A stretch of DNA of 64,000 bases, taken from positions 83,272 through 147,271 of the forward strand of contig JABRVZ010000003.1 in NCBI GenBank assembly GCA_039961775.1. The letters run 5' to 3'. The number at the start of each line of letters is the position of its first letter. Position 1 is the first letter of the stretch. Both the position numbers and the translations under genes were made by a program. Shown here in pieces: positions 8,167 to 17,264 of this stretch. A model generated the notes under the pieces. The model made no database searches. It was given only the letters and a program-made list of their open reading frames with translations, and was not told where the DNA came from. The stretch is from Chloroflexota bacterium. GTDB lineage: Bacteria > Chloroflexota > Anaerolineae > Anaerolineales > Villigracilaceae.

Positions 8167-10881
8167 TTAAGATTCCATTTCTCCAAACCAGCCCTTGCGC
8201 TCCATCCACTTGACCAGTTCCAGCACGGGGGAGATGGTCAGCGAGAGGGCGAAGATGATTACCCAGTCCACGAGGGGCAGGCTGAACGTGCTGAATGGTT
8301 CGTGCAGAGCGGGAACGTACACAATCAACAGCAGGAGCGCGGCTTCCCAGAGAATCGCCGTGTTCAGCCACTTGTTCTCGAACGGACGGTTGAAGATGGA
8401 GTGGCGGTCCGAGCGGAAGTTGTATGCCTTGAAGAACTGCACCAGCACCAGCGAGACGAAGGTCATGGTCATCGCTTCCTCCAGACTACGTCCCGAGTTC
8501 AACGCCCAGACGAATAAACCGAGATTGATGAGCGTGGACCACAGTCCGCCCGCGACCATCAGCGAAACCACAGGGCGGGTGAAGATGCCCGTGCGCGGGT
8601 TGCGCGGCTTGCGCTTCATCAAATCCTTTTCGGGCGGGTCCACCGAGAGCGCCAGCGCGGGCAGACCGTCGGTGGCGAGGTTGACGTAGAGGATTTGCAC
8701 GGCGGTCAGCGGCAGGGGCAAGCCGAGCAGGGCGGAGCCAGCCATCAGACCGATTTCGCCGATGTTCGAGGAAAGCAGGTACATCAAATATTTCTTGATG
8801 TTGCCGAACACGCCGCGCCCTTCCTCCACCGCCGCAACGATGGAGGCGAAGTTGTCATCGGTCAGGGTCATGGCGGCGGCTTCCTTGGTTACGTCGGTGC
8901 CTGTGATGCCCATCGCAATGCCGATATCCGCTTTTTTGAGGGCAGGGGCATCGTTCACGCCGTCGCCCGTCATGGCGACGATGTGTTCGTTGGCTTGTAA
9001 TGCGGTCACCACGCGCAATTTGTGAGCAGGGGAGACGCGGGCGTACACATCAATCGTTTCCACTTCACGCTTGAACTCTTCATCCGAGATGGCGTCCAGT
9101 TCCGCACCAGTGACCACACGTCCCGTTTTGAGCAAGCCCAGTTCGCGCGCCACCGCCTGAGCCGTGAGGGGATGGTCGCCCGTGATCATCACGGGGCGAA
9201 TCCCCGCCTCTTCGCACACGGCAATTGCCGCTTTTGCTTCGGGGCGCGGCGGGTCAATCATGCCCGTCAGCCCGAGGAAGGTCATGCCCGTTTGAGCAGA
9301 GTCAAGCGTGGCGTCGGGCTTTGAAGCGACGGCGAGCACGCGCAGCGCCTGGCTGGCAAAATCCTTCGCCGCGTCCAGCACTTGTCCGCGGGTCGCGTCG
9401 TCCAGTTTCTTTACGCCCTCTGCGGTGAGGATGAAATCGCAATTTTCCAGAATAATTTCGGGTGCGCCTTTGGTGTAGGCGACGATGCCTTTCTCCGTTT
9501 GATGGAGCGTGGTCATGCGTTTGGATTCGGATGTGAAGGGAATCTCCTGCACGCGCGGACAGATTCGATCCAGCGCTTCTTTCTGGACCCCTGCCTTGGC
9601 GGCGGCAACGACAAGCGCTCCCTCCGTTGGGTCGCCTTTGATGTCCCATCCGCCTCCTGCGCCGTTGCTTCCGTTTTGGATGAGTTTTGCGTCCGAAGCG
9701 AGGACGGCGGCGGTGAGCAGTTGTTTCAGTTCGCCGCTGATTTCGCTGGGCGCGCCGCCATTGGTGGAGAAGTGACCTTCGGGCGCGTATCCCGATCCGC
9801 TCACCGTGAAGACCTGACCCGCGACATAAATTTTGCGCACGGTCATTTCATCCTTGGTCAGTGTGCCTGTTTTGTCGGAGCAGATGACGGAGGTGCTGCC
9901 GAGCGTTTCCACGGCCGGCAGGCGGCGGATGAGCGCATTGCGTTTGACCATTTTCTGCACGCCAATGGCGAGGGAGATGGTCACGACGGCGGGCAATGCT
10001 TCAGGCACGACTGCCACCGCCAGCGCAATGCCGAAGATGAGCATTTCGATGAAGGGCTGTCCGCGCAGGAGCCCGAGCGCGACGATGATGGCAACCACGA
10101 CGAACGCGGCGCGCGCCAGCGTTGCGCCGACCTTGTCGAGGTTTTGCTGAAGGGGGGTTCTGGTGGTTTCGACGGTTTGCAGAAGTTGGGCGATCTTGCC
10201 GAACTCGGTCTGCATGCCCGTCGCCGCGATCAGCGCGCGTCCGCGCCCGTAGGTGACGGCGGTTCCAGCGTAGACCATGTTCCGTCGGTCGCCCACAGGC
10301 AAGGCTTGCCCTGAGCCTGTCGAAGGGTCGGATGGAAGCGGGTCGGTGTGTTTTTCCACAGGGACGGATTCGCCCGTCAGCGCGGCTTCCTCCACCTGCA
10401 GGTTGATCGACTCGATGACGCGCCCGTCGGCAGGGATGCGGTCGCCCGTGTGCAGGATGACCACGTCGCCTGGGACCACATCGCGCGCAGGGATTTTTAT
10501 TTCTTCGCCGCCGCGCAGCACGGTTGCCATCGGCGCCGCCATCTGGCGCAAAGCGTCAATGGCGCGTTCGGCGCGGTACTCCTGCACGAAGCCAAGCACG
10601 ACCGCAAACAGCACAATGACCGCGATCACGATGGACTCGACTCCATGACCCAGGAAGAACGAGATGGTGGTTGCGCCGAGCAGGATGAGAATGAGCACAT
10701 TCTTGAACTGCTCGAGCAGGATTTCCCACGGCGAGATGCGGCGCGCGGCTTGAATCTCGTTCGGTCCATACCTGGCGAGCCGCGCCCGCGCTTCTTCCTG
10801 ACTTAGACCTGATTCTGAACTATTGAGTTCGGCAAACGCCTCGTCCTTGCTTTTGGTGTGCCAGTGATTATTTTGTGTCAT
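8167..10881 (-). CDS. P2A-type cation-transporting P-type ATPase (Ca2+/Mn2+ exporter)
   Basis: TGES, VPEALP (M4), DKTGTLT, GDGVNDAPALKKADIGIAMG, SSNIGE (M5), NLATDGLP (M6). Start placed at MTQNNHW. Confidence 0.95.
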   Translation of the reverse strand: MTQNNHWHTKSKDEAFAELNSSESGLSQEEARARLARYGPNEIQAARRISPWEILLEQFKNVLILILLGATTISFFLGHGVESIVIAVIVLFAVVLGFVQEYRAERAIDALRQMAAPMATVLRGGEEIKIPARDVVPGDVVILHTGDRIPADGRVIESINLQVEEAALTGESVPVEKHTDPLPSDPSTGSGQALPVGDRRNMVYAGTAVTYGRGRALIAATGMQTEFGKIAQLLQTVETTRTPLQQNLDKVGATLARAAFVVVAIIVALGLLRGQPFIEMLIFGIALAVAVVPEALPAVVTISLAIGVQKMVKRNALIRRLPAVETLGSTSVICSDKTGTLTKDEMTVRKIYVAGQVFTVSGSGYAPEGHFSTNGGAPSEISGELKQLLTAAVLASDAKLIQNGSNGAGGGWDIKGDPTEGALVVAAAKAGVQKEALDRICPRVQEIPFTSESKRMTTLHQTEKGIVAYTKGAPEIILENCDFILTAEGVKKLDDATRGQVLDAAKDFASQALRVLAVASKPDATLDSAQTGMTFLGLTGMIDPPRPEAKAAIAVCEEAGIRPVMITGDHPLTAQAVARELGLLKTGRVVTGAELDAISDEEFKREVETIDVYARVSPAHKLRVVTALQANEHIVAMTGDGVNDAPALKKADIGIAMGITGTDVTKEAAAMTLTDDNFASIVAAVEEGRGVFGNIKKYLMYLLSSNIGEIGLMAGSALLGLPLPLTAVQILYVNLATDGLPALALSVDPPEKDLMKRKPRNPRTGIFTRPVVSLMVAGGLWSTLINLGLFVWALNSGRSLEEAMTMTFVSLVLVQFFKAYNFRSDRHSIFNRPFENKWLNTAILWEAALLLLIVYVPALHEPFSTFSLPLVDWVIIFALSLTISPVLELVKWMERKGWFGEMES
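10303..10326. repeat. 24-nt REP-like insertion (encodes PSTGSGQA) inside the ATPase CDS
   Basis: GGCTTGCCCTGAGCCTGTCGAAGG. Removing it restores EKxxDPLPSD-LPVGDRRNM spacing. Confidence 0.55.
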
Positions 10882-11113
10882 GGTTAAGGTTGAACTCCTG
10901 TTGAGTGATGTCTTCTTTTCTGGGCGTGGCGGATTTGAATACGAAATGGTTGAACAGCAAAATAGGACCCGCCACGAGAAGCACCGCCAGCGCCGAAAGA
11001 ACATCCAGCCAGATGGCGAAAAGTTCTTCGAGCCAGAAGAGAGCAGAGGCGCCTCCTGCGCCTGTGGCGAGGGCGGGCTTCCAATACCTTCGCAGGGCAG
11101 ATTTTGTGGGCAT
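10868..11113 (-). CDS. Small (81 aa) hydrophobic protein, first gene under the riboswitch
   Basis: AAAGGAG SD before ATG 11113. Hydrophobic core WLEELFAIWLDVLSALAVLLVAGPILLF. 3' end overlaps the ATPase start by 14 nt. Confidence 0.72.
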   Translation of the reverse strand: MPTKSALRRYWKPALATGAGGASALFWLEELFAIWLDVLSALAVLLVAGPILLFNHFVFKSATPRKEDITQQEFNLNHDTK

Positions 11114-11144
11114 GGGATTGCTCCTTTCTCGTTGTGAGGCGGGG

Positions 11145-11270
11145 AAAAGAAAAAGACCACCGCCTCGAAGGCGATGGTCTTGCGCTTCCATCCCGACAGC
11201 CGGTGGCGTTTGCGCCACGTCTTGACGACTGCCAGACCCGAAACCGGTTCGGGGGCTACTCCCCATCGGA
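11145..11270 (-). ncRNA. yybP-ykoY (Mn2+-sensing) riboswitch with intrinsic terminator
   Basis: Minus strand reads GATGG-GGAGTAGC...CGTCAAGAC...GCAAGA-CCATC with P1 GATGG/CCATC. Terminator GACCATCGCC-TTCG-AGGCGGTGGTC-TTTTTCTTTT shares the 3' strand of P1. Confidence 0.85.
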
Positions 11271-11278
11271 GTAGTTAG

Positions 11279-11307
11279 AGTTTACAGGGGAACTTCACTG
11301 GTGTCAA
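11279..11307 (-). promoter_or_regulatory. sigma70 promoter of the riboswitch leader
   Basis: TTGACA (11307-11302) - 17 nt - TAAACT (11284-11279), just upstream of the aptamer. Confidence 0.8.
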
Positions 11308-11345
11308 TTACAAAATCGCAAGCGGCACAAGCCTATAGACTGGCG

Positions 11346-12473
11346 CTACACATATCCTTCTGCCGACAGGATGCCGCTGAAGGCTCGGTCGGCGTCGGCG
11401 AGGGCTTTCTCCTTCCATTCTGTGGAGGCGGGGTTGAAAAGTTCCTCGAAGCCGTGCCTGGCTTTTGCAAGCAGGGTTTGGTTCTTTGTGCCGTGCCAGT
11501 AGGCGCGGTTTTCGTGAATCATCACACGCGGACTTTGAAACAAACCGTACATCGTATCGCCCAATGTGCCAAATTCGAAGGCAGTGGCAAAGAATTGCTT
11601 TTCGGGGAACTCGTTCTGCCAGAGCGCGTACTCGTAATCCACCATGTCGCCGCGGATGGCGTAGAACTCATCGGCGGTGGCGGCAACCACGAGCGGGTAG
11701 TTGAAGCGCTTTTGGTAATACGCCGAGGAGTTTTTGTCCAGCGCGGAGTTGACCAGGCTCATCTGGTAACGCGGACCGTAGCCGGTGTGCATGTCGAGAT
11801 GCAGGATTTGGTCGTAGGAGCTCATCATCTGTTTGTAGAGTTCCATCAATGCTTGGGTCTCTTCGGGGCGTTTTGTCCCGCCGTAGTACAGACCCTGCGG
11901 ATGGCGGTACTGTCCGAGCAGGAGGGCGTAGCGGAAATTCTTCATGCCCATGCGGGCGATGTGCCAGAATAACTGTATGACGTAGGCAATATTGTCGAAA
12001 AACAGGTTTGTAATCGGCGTGACGGGGTTGAGAAACCTGTCAATTTTGTCGTAGGCGGGGTTGAAGGCTGGGTCGTGGTCGAAGTTGTAAAGGAAGGTGC
12101 GGTTGAGGTCAATGTTGTCGCGGTTGCCGCGGCGGTGATGTTTCATCCCCCATGGGTTGATGGCGTGGACAAGCAAAATACCCGTCGTGCGCGGATCGAG
12201 TTTGGGCAGATACTTTTCGATGAAGCGCTGCATCATCGCCGAGCCGACATAGCCTTCCACACCATGCTCGCCGGTGGTCAGAATGAAAACCTTGCGGTTC
12301 GTTTCGATGGCGTCGGAGTAAATCCAGTCAATGGTCAGGTCTTCGCTGCCGGCGAGGTTATGCTGAAACAGGTTTGCCTTGCGCCACATGGATTGAATAT
12401 CCGCAAGGTTCTTGCGAAATCGCTCGCGCGAGGCTTCGTAGGTTTCCGGGAAAAGAGATTGGATGTCGGGCAT
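11346..12473 (-). CDS. M14-like zinc hydrolase (DUF2817 type)
   Basis: TGEHGVEG, HAINPWG, NRDNIDLNR, LDMHTGYG zinc and substrate motifs. Confidence 0.8.
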   Translation of the reverse strand: MPDIQSLFPETYEASRERFRKNLADIQSMWRKANLFQHNLAGSEDLTIDWIYSDAIETNRKVFILTTGEHGVEGYVGSAMMQRFIEKYLPKLDPRTTGILLVHAINPWGMKHHRRGNRDNIDLNRTFLYNFDHDPAFNPAYDKIDRFLNPVTPITNLFFDNIAYVIQLFWHIARMGMKNFRYALLLGQYRHPQGLYYGGTKRPEETQALMELYKQMMSSYDQILHLDMHTGYGPRYQMSLVNSALDKNSSAYYQKRFNYPLVVAATADEFYAIRGDMVDYEYALWQNEFPEKQFFATAFEFGTLGDTMYGLFQSPRVMIHENRAYWHGTKNQTLLAKARHGFEELFNPASTEWKEKALADADRAFSGILSAEGYV

Positions 12474-12530
12474 GTTTTGACAAGGTATGAAATTTGCGCT
12501 CTCCAGCGCAAAAACGTTCGAGAACGTCAA

Positions 12531-13580
12531 TTACGCTTGATACGGCTGGAGTTGATATTCGGCATATTCCGTCTCGCAGGCGTGCCCGCGTCCGATCCAC
12601 GATTTGAGCGATTCCACCTGAATGATGATGCTGAAGACGGTCTGCGTCTCTGCGCCGTGCTTGCAAATGGAAGCGGGGTAGCCGGCATGGTCTGCCAGCA
12701 GCGCCCGGAAAAGTTCGGGCGTCAGTTTGCCGTAGTTCTGGCGGAGCAGATATTCTGCCCGGTTTTGGCGGATGATCGAGCTGGCGATCACGCTTCGGTC
12801 CCGTTCGAAGCGCCGCATGGACGGAGCAATGTAATGATTGGCATGCGCCATCACATCGTCTTTGATGTAAATCGCTTCCATATCCGTCGCCGAGCCTTCC
12901 ATCGAATAGACCTCCCCGCTTCCGTCGGCGATGACGTTGTTGTAGCTGGATGCGCGAGTGGGGAGCAGGCAGTGACTCATGGCTTCGCTCAGGGTGCGCG
13001 AACCCAAAATGGCGCGGACAACCAGCAGGCGCGGCACTCCGGGACGGACGTCATTGCTGTCGAGCTGGTTGCCGGTCAGGCTGATTTTTGCAGCGTTGTA
13101 TCCCGCGCTGATGGCGATTCCGCCCACTGAAACGCCGAGGTACTCCGGCTCGTCTCCCGCCTGAACTTTGAGCAGGACCAGCATCGCTTCGGTCTTTGGC
13201 AGAAGGTCGTTGGTGTGTGCAATCAGCGTGCTTCCGTCGGCGGTGGCTTTACCGCGCGCCGCCATGTCGGTGCAGCCGTGCCAGGCGAAACTTTCCCAGA
13301 GTTCCTCGCACATGGTGAGAAAGACTTCGTCGAAAGATACGTCCGCGCCTTCGGCGATACCTTCGAGTTCCTCGATGTATTGGGGATAGACTGCGCGGCT
13401 GTGAGCGAGATAAACCCTGCTCTGATTGAGCATCGCCTCCCAGGTGACACCGGGCGGAAGTTCATCCCGCAGACCGGCAAACATGGACTGTATCCTTTCC
13501 TTGCACTGCTCGCCGATTTGCCGTCCGACTTCGCGGTGTGTTCCGCGCGCTTCGATGAGAGGGAGGAGAGAAGATGACAT
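12531..13580 (-). CDS. Peptidase C45 family Ntn hydrolase/acyltransferase
   Basis: GTHREVGRQIG propeptide, autocleavage GCT, AHTND, GYNAAKISL, HANHY. Confidence 0.85.
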   Translation of the reverse strand: MSSSLLPLIEARGTHREVGRQIGEQCKERIQSMFAGLRDELPPGVTWEAMLNQSRVYLAHSRAVYPQYIEELEGIAEGADVSFDEVFLTMCEELWESFAWHGCTDMAARGKATADGSTLIAHTNDLLPKTEAMLVLLKVQAGDEPEYLGVSVGGIAISAGYNAAKISLTGNQLDSNDVRPGVPRLLVVRAILGSRTLSEAMSHCLLPTRASSYNNVIADGSGEVYSMEGSATDMEAIYIKDDVMAHANHYIAPSMRRFERDRSVIASSIIRQNRAEYLLRQNYGKLTPELFRALLADHAGYPASICKHGAETQTVFSIIIQVESLKSWIGRGHACETEYAEYQLQPYQA

Positions 13581-13598
13581 TTTGAAAAAATGTCCCAA

Positions 13599-14798
13599 CT
13601 ACTCGATTTCCACCGCCATCGCCACCGCTTCGCCGCCGCCCAGGCAAAGCGACGCAATGCCGCGCTTCAGCCCGCGATTCTTCAAAGCATGGAGCAGGGT
13701 CACCAGAACGCGCGTGCCGCTTGCTCCCAGCGGATGCCCGATGGCAATCGCGCCGCCGTTGACGTTGACCTTGTCCCAGTCCCAGCCCTGGTCGGAGAGG
13801 GCATACCCGTCTGCCAGCACCTGCGCGGCGAAGGCTTCGTTGAGTTCGATCAAATCCACGTCGGCGAACGTCCAGCCGATTTTCTTCAGCAGTTTGGGCA
13901 TGGCATAGGCGGGCGCGGCAAACAGATATTTCGGCTCGACTGCCGCCTGAGCATAACCCACAATACGCGCCATCGGCTTGAGACCGTGCTTCTCGGCGTA
14001 GGCGCGGGAGGAAATCACCACTGCCGCCGCGCCGTCGCTCATCTGAGACGAGTTGCCTGGACTGACTTTGCCGTCTGCTTTGAAGGCGGGCTTGAGTTTG
14101 GAAAGTGTCTCCAGCGTCGTATCTTTTCGCGGACCTTCATCCTGCGTCACCTCTGTGACGGCTCCTTTGCGTCCCGCAATTTGGACGGGGACGATTTCAG
14201 CGTTAAACCAGCCTTTTTCTTGAGCCTCCACAGCCCGTTCGTGAGAGCGAAGCGCAAACTGATCCATCGCTTCGCGCGTGACCTCGTACTCGTCCGCGAT
14301 GAATTCAGCCGCCATCCCCATCCCCCAATTTTCGAAGGGGTCCCACAGTCCATCGTTGAGCAGAGCATCGGTGAGCGCCTGATTGCCGAACTTCAATTCG
14401 CCCGAACGCCCCGCAACGAGATACGGTGCGCGGCTCATGGACTCGAACCCGCCTGCCACGAATAAATCGGCGTCGCCAGCCCGAATTGCCTGCGCCGATA
14501 GCATGGCGGCTTTCAGCCCCGATCCGCAGACCTTGTTGATGGTGCTGGCGCCAACCGTTGCAGGGACGCCGCCGTGGATGCCCGCCTGACGGGCGGGCGC
14601 CTGTCCCTCGCCTGCCTGCACCACGTTGCCCATGATGACTTCCTCGATCTCTTCGGGATCAATGCCTGCCCGTTCCACTGCGGCTTTGACCGCAATTGCC
14701 CCCAACTGTGTGGCGGGAATACTGCTCAATGCTCCCTGAAACTTGCCGATGGGCGTGCGTACCGCGCTCAGAATGACTGCTTCGTTTTCGTGGCTCAT
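13599..14798 (-). CDS. Acetyl-CoA C-acyltransferase (thiolase)
   Basis: RTPIGKF, NKVCGSG, NEAFAAQ, GHPLGASG, CLGGG. GGAGG SD. Confidence 0.95.
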   Translation of the reverse strand: MSHENEAVILSAVRTPIGKFQGALSSIPATQLGAIAVKAAVERAGIDPEEIEEVIMGNVVQAGEGQAPARQAGIHGGVPATVGASTINKVCGSGLKAAMLSAQAIRAGDADLFVAGGFESMSRAPYLVAGRSGELKFGNQALTDALLNDGLWDPFENWGMGMAAEFIADEYEVTREAMDQFALRSHERAVEAQEKGWFNAEIVPVQIAGRKGAVTEVTQDEGPRKDTTLETLSKLKPAFKADGKVSPGNSSQMSDGAAAVVISSRAYAEKHGLKPMARIVGYAQAAVEPKYLFAAPAYAMPKLLKKIGWTFADVDLIELNEAFAAQVLADGYALSDQGWDWDKVNVNGGAIAIGHPLGASGTRVLVTLLHALKNRGLKRGIASLCLGGGEAVAMAVEIE

Positions 14799-15002
14799 GG
14801 GGTCCTCCATTGTCGTTTTTGTCGATGGGTGCTTTGCAGAATGGCATGATGTCGTTGTTTGTTTCTTAGACATTATAAAGCAAACATCCCCGACCTCGAT
14901 TCGATTTTCAGTAGACGTTATGGGCGTCTTCTGTTGACGTTAGCGAACGCCATTTGCACATAAAAGGGGAGTGGCTAAAAAGATGGGCTAACCAACCTGG
15001 CG

Positions 15003-15056
15003 CCACAGAGCTCACAGAATTCACAGAGTACCAAAAAATCTCCGTGCGCTCTGTGG
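15003..15056. repeat. CACAGAG-type REP-like palindrome
   Basis: CCACAGAG-ctCACAGAattCACAGAG...CTCTGTGG: internal tandem repeat with inverted ends. Confidence 0.6.
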
Positions 15057-15120
15057 TAAATCATAAAAAAAGCCCACAAAATTAGCCACTTTCCATAAAA
15101 GAGCAGTTTCCAGAGGCTTT

Positions 15121-16863
15121 CTAATGTATGATAACGACCATTTGCCAGCCTCTTACTGAGTTGACGCGGAATATTTCGGTGCAGGCGTCCAATTCTTCGC
15201 GCAGGATGACCCTTTCCTGCGCCTGCCCGGTTTCCAGCAGGTGGGCGCGAAATGTGCCGGGCAGTAGTCCGCATGAGAGAGGCGGGGTGTAGAGTTTGCC
15301 GCCTATGCGGACAATCAGGTTGCCGATTGTGAACTCGGTCAATTCGCCGCGTTCGTTGTATAGAAGAACATCATCCGCGCCGGGAAAATTTTGCAGGGCG
15401 GTTTCATACACATGGCGGTGAGTGGTTTTGTGATAGAGAAACACATCTGCGGAACTCACCGCTTGTTTTGCAAGCGCGGCTTTCAGCGGCTGAGATTTCT
15501 CTGCTGTTGGTAACGCCTGCGCTTCGGAACTCAATTCGCCGTTTCGGGCAAGTAAAATCCTGACGCGCTGAGGGGATGTGAAGCGGGAGGCAATGTCATC
15601 CAGATATGTTTCGAGGGTGGTTTGGGAGGGCGCAGAAAAATCAAAGTATTCGGCGGTGTCCAGCAGCCGGGCAATATGCTTTCCCCGCAAAAAGAAGCCT
15701 TCCTGGGGCGTCCAGCGCATGGTTTCGAGCAGGGAAAAGGCAAGGGGCGTTTCGGTGAGGACGCGGGTTTTGAGCAGGGCTTCGGCGTATTCATCCGCGC
15801 TGGCGGAGTCCCAGACGATGCCGCCGCCGGCGCCGTACTCGGCAGTTTGGGCGTCGCGGTCAATCCATGTTGTGCGTATAGCCACATTGAAAGAAGCCTT
15901 TCGCCCGGGCGCAATATGCCCGATGCTGCCGGTGTAAATACCGCGCGGCGTTGTTTCGAGCGCGGCGATGATTTTCATGGTGCTGACCTTCGGCGCGCCG
16001 GTGATGGAGGCGCAGGGGAAGAGCGCCTTGAGGATTTCCGTCGGCGGGGCAGTGGTTTGGGCGGTAACGGTGGAGGTCATTTGCCAAAGGGTGGGATATT
16101 TTTCGACGGCAAACAATTGGGGGACGCGGACGCTTCCGACCCGTGCAATCCGATTGAGGTCGTTGCGGATCATGTCCACGATCATGACGTTTTCAGCGCG
16201 GTTCTTTTCCGATGCTTGCAGCCATTGAGCCTGCTTCCTGTCTTCGAGGGTTGTCCGTCCCCGTTGTGCGGTTCCCTTCATGGGGCGGCAGGTGATGGTC
16301 TCACCATCGAGCGTGAAGAAAATTTCCGGTGAAGCAGAAGCGACAACAAATCTCCCCATGTCGAGGTAGGCGGCGTGATTGTTCTGGGTTTGTGCGAGGT
16401 GGAGGAAGAAATTCCACGGGTCGGTGTTGAAGGCGGCACGCAGGCGCATGGTGTAGTTGACCTGATAGGTGCGTCCGCGGGCGATGTGTTCCTTGATTTG
16501 TGCGATGGCGTGGTTGTAGGTTTGGCGGTCAACGGTTGGGGACCAGGTAAGGGCTGGTTTGGGTGAGGCAGGTTCAGGCAGGGAAACGAGGCGGGGCGGA
16601 GGGTAGAGTCCAAACCAGAGGAGGGGGAAGCCGGTCAGAGGTCTGGTTTGAAGCGCATCGTCGAATGCCGGTGCGGCTTCGTAACTGAGAAAGCCTGCGG
16701 CGTGCCAGTCTTTGCTTTCCACCAGGTCTTGAATCTGGCGCAGGGCGGGCAGCACTTCGCTGAGCGTGTTTGCTTGAATGATTTGATGCGGCTGGGTGAA
16801 GTACAGCCAGCGATTGTTTTCTCTGAGCAGGACTTCATTTTTTTGTGGTTCAATTGGGCGCAT
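15121..16863 (-). CDS. pabB: Aminodeoxychorismate synthase component I fused to class IV aminotransferase/ADC lyase (PabB-PabC)
   Basis: YQVNYT, SPEIFF, PMKGT, KNRAENVMIVDMIRNDL, SITGAPK, RGIYTG, GAGGGIV. C-terminal LLETM, YHKTT, ELTEFTIGN, GLLPGTFR. Confidence 0.9.
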   Translation of the reverse strand: MRPIEPQKNEVLLRENNRWLYFTQPHQIIQANTLSEVLPALRQIQDLVESKDWHAAGFLSYEAAPAFDDALQTRPLTGFPLLWFGLYPPPRLVSLPEPASPKPALTWSPTVDRQTYNHAIAQIKEHIARGRTYQVNYTMRLRAAFNTDPWNFFLHLAQTQNNHAAYLDMGRFVVASASPEIFFTLDGETITCRPMKGTAQRGRTTLEDRKQAQWLQASEKNRAENVMIVDMIRNDLNRIARVGSVRVPQLFAVEKYPTLWQMTSTVTAQTTAPPTEILKALFPCASITGAPKVSTMKIIAALETTPRGIYTGSIGHIAPGRKASFNVAIRTTWIDRDAQTAEYGAGGGIVWDSASADEYAEALLKTRVLTETPLAFSLLETMRWTPQEGFFLRGKHIARLLDTAEYFDFSAPSQTTLETYLDDIASRFTSPQRVRILLARNGELSSEAQALPTAEKSQPLKAALAKQAVSSADVFLYHKTTHRHVYETALQNFPGADDVLLYNERGELTEFTIGNLIVRIGGKLYTPPLSCGLLPGTFRAHLLETGQAQERVILREELDACTEIFRVNSVRGWQMVVIIH

Positions 16864-17230
16864 GTCAAATCGAATTGTATCTCGTTGGCTTCCCGCCTTG
16901 CTGGTCATGTTGGTTATTTTTGTGTTCTCTGCCCAACCCTCGGAGAGTCTGCCGGATTTCAACCGTCTCGACCGTCTTGTCAAAAAGGGCGGTCACATGC
17001 TGGGATATGGCTTGCTGGCGGCGTCGTATTGGCGCGGGTTGGGCTGGGATGGACGGCGCCGCCGGCTTGCCTGGCTGTTTGCCGTGTTGTACGCCGCGAC
17101 GGATGAATTTCATCAGTCTTTTGTGCCGGGGCGCAACGCTTCGCTGTGGGATGTGCTGGTGTTCGATAACGCGGGGGCGCTATTGGGGTTGTGGCTGGCG
17201 GATGTTTATTTCAAACGAAAGCGGCTGTAA
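16862..17230 (+). CDS. VanZ-family membrane protein
   Basis: IFVFSAQP, KKGGHMLGYGLL, LYAATDEFHQSFVPGRNASLWDVLVD-like motif. Confidence 0.85.
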   Translation: MSNRIVSRWLPALLVMLVIFVFSAQPSESLPDFNRLDRLVKKGGHMLGYGLLAASYWRGLGWDGRRRRLAWLFAVLYAATDEFHQSFVPGRNASLWDVLVFDNAGALLGLWLADVYFKRKRL

Positions 17231-17264
17231 CGATTTTTTTCGAGTAATTCACTCACCTTACGCG

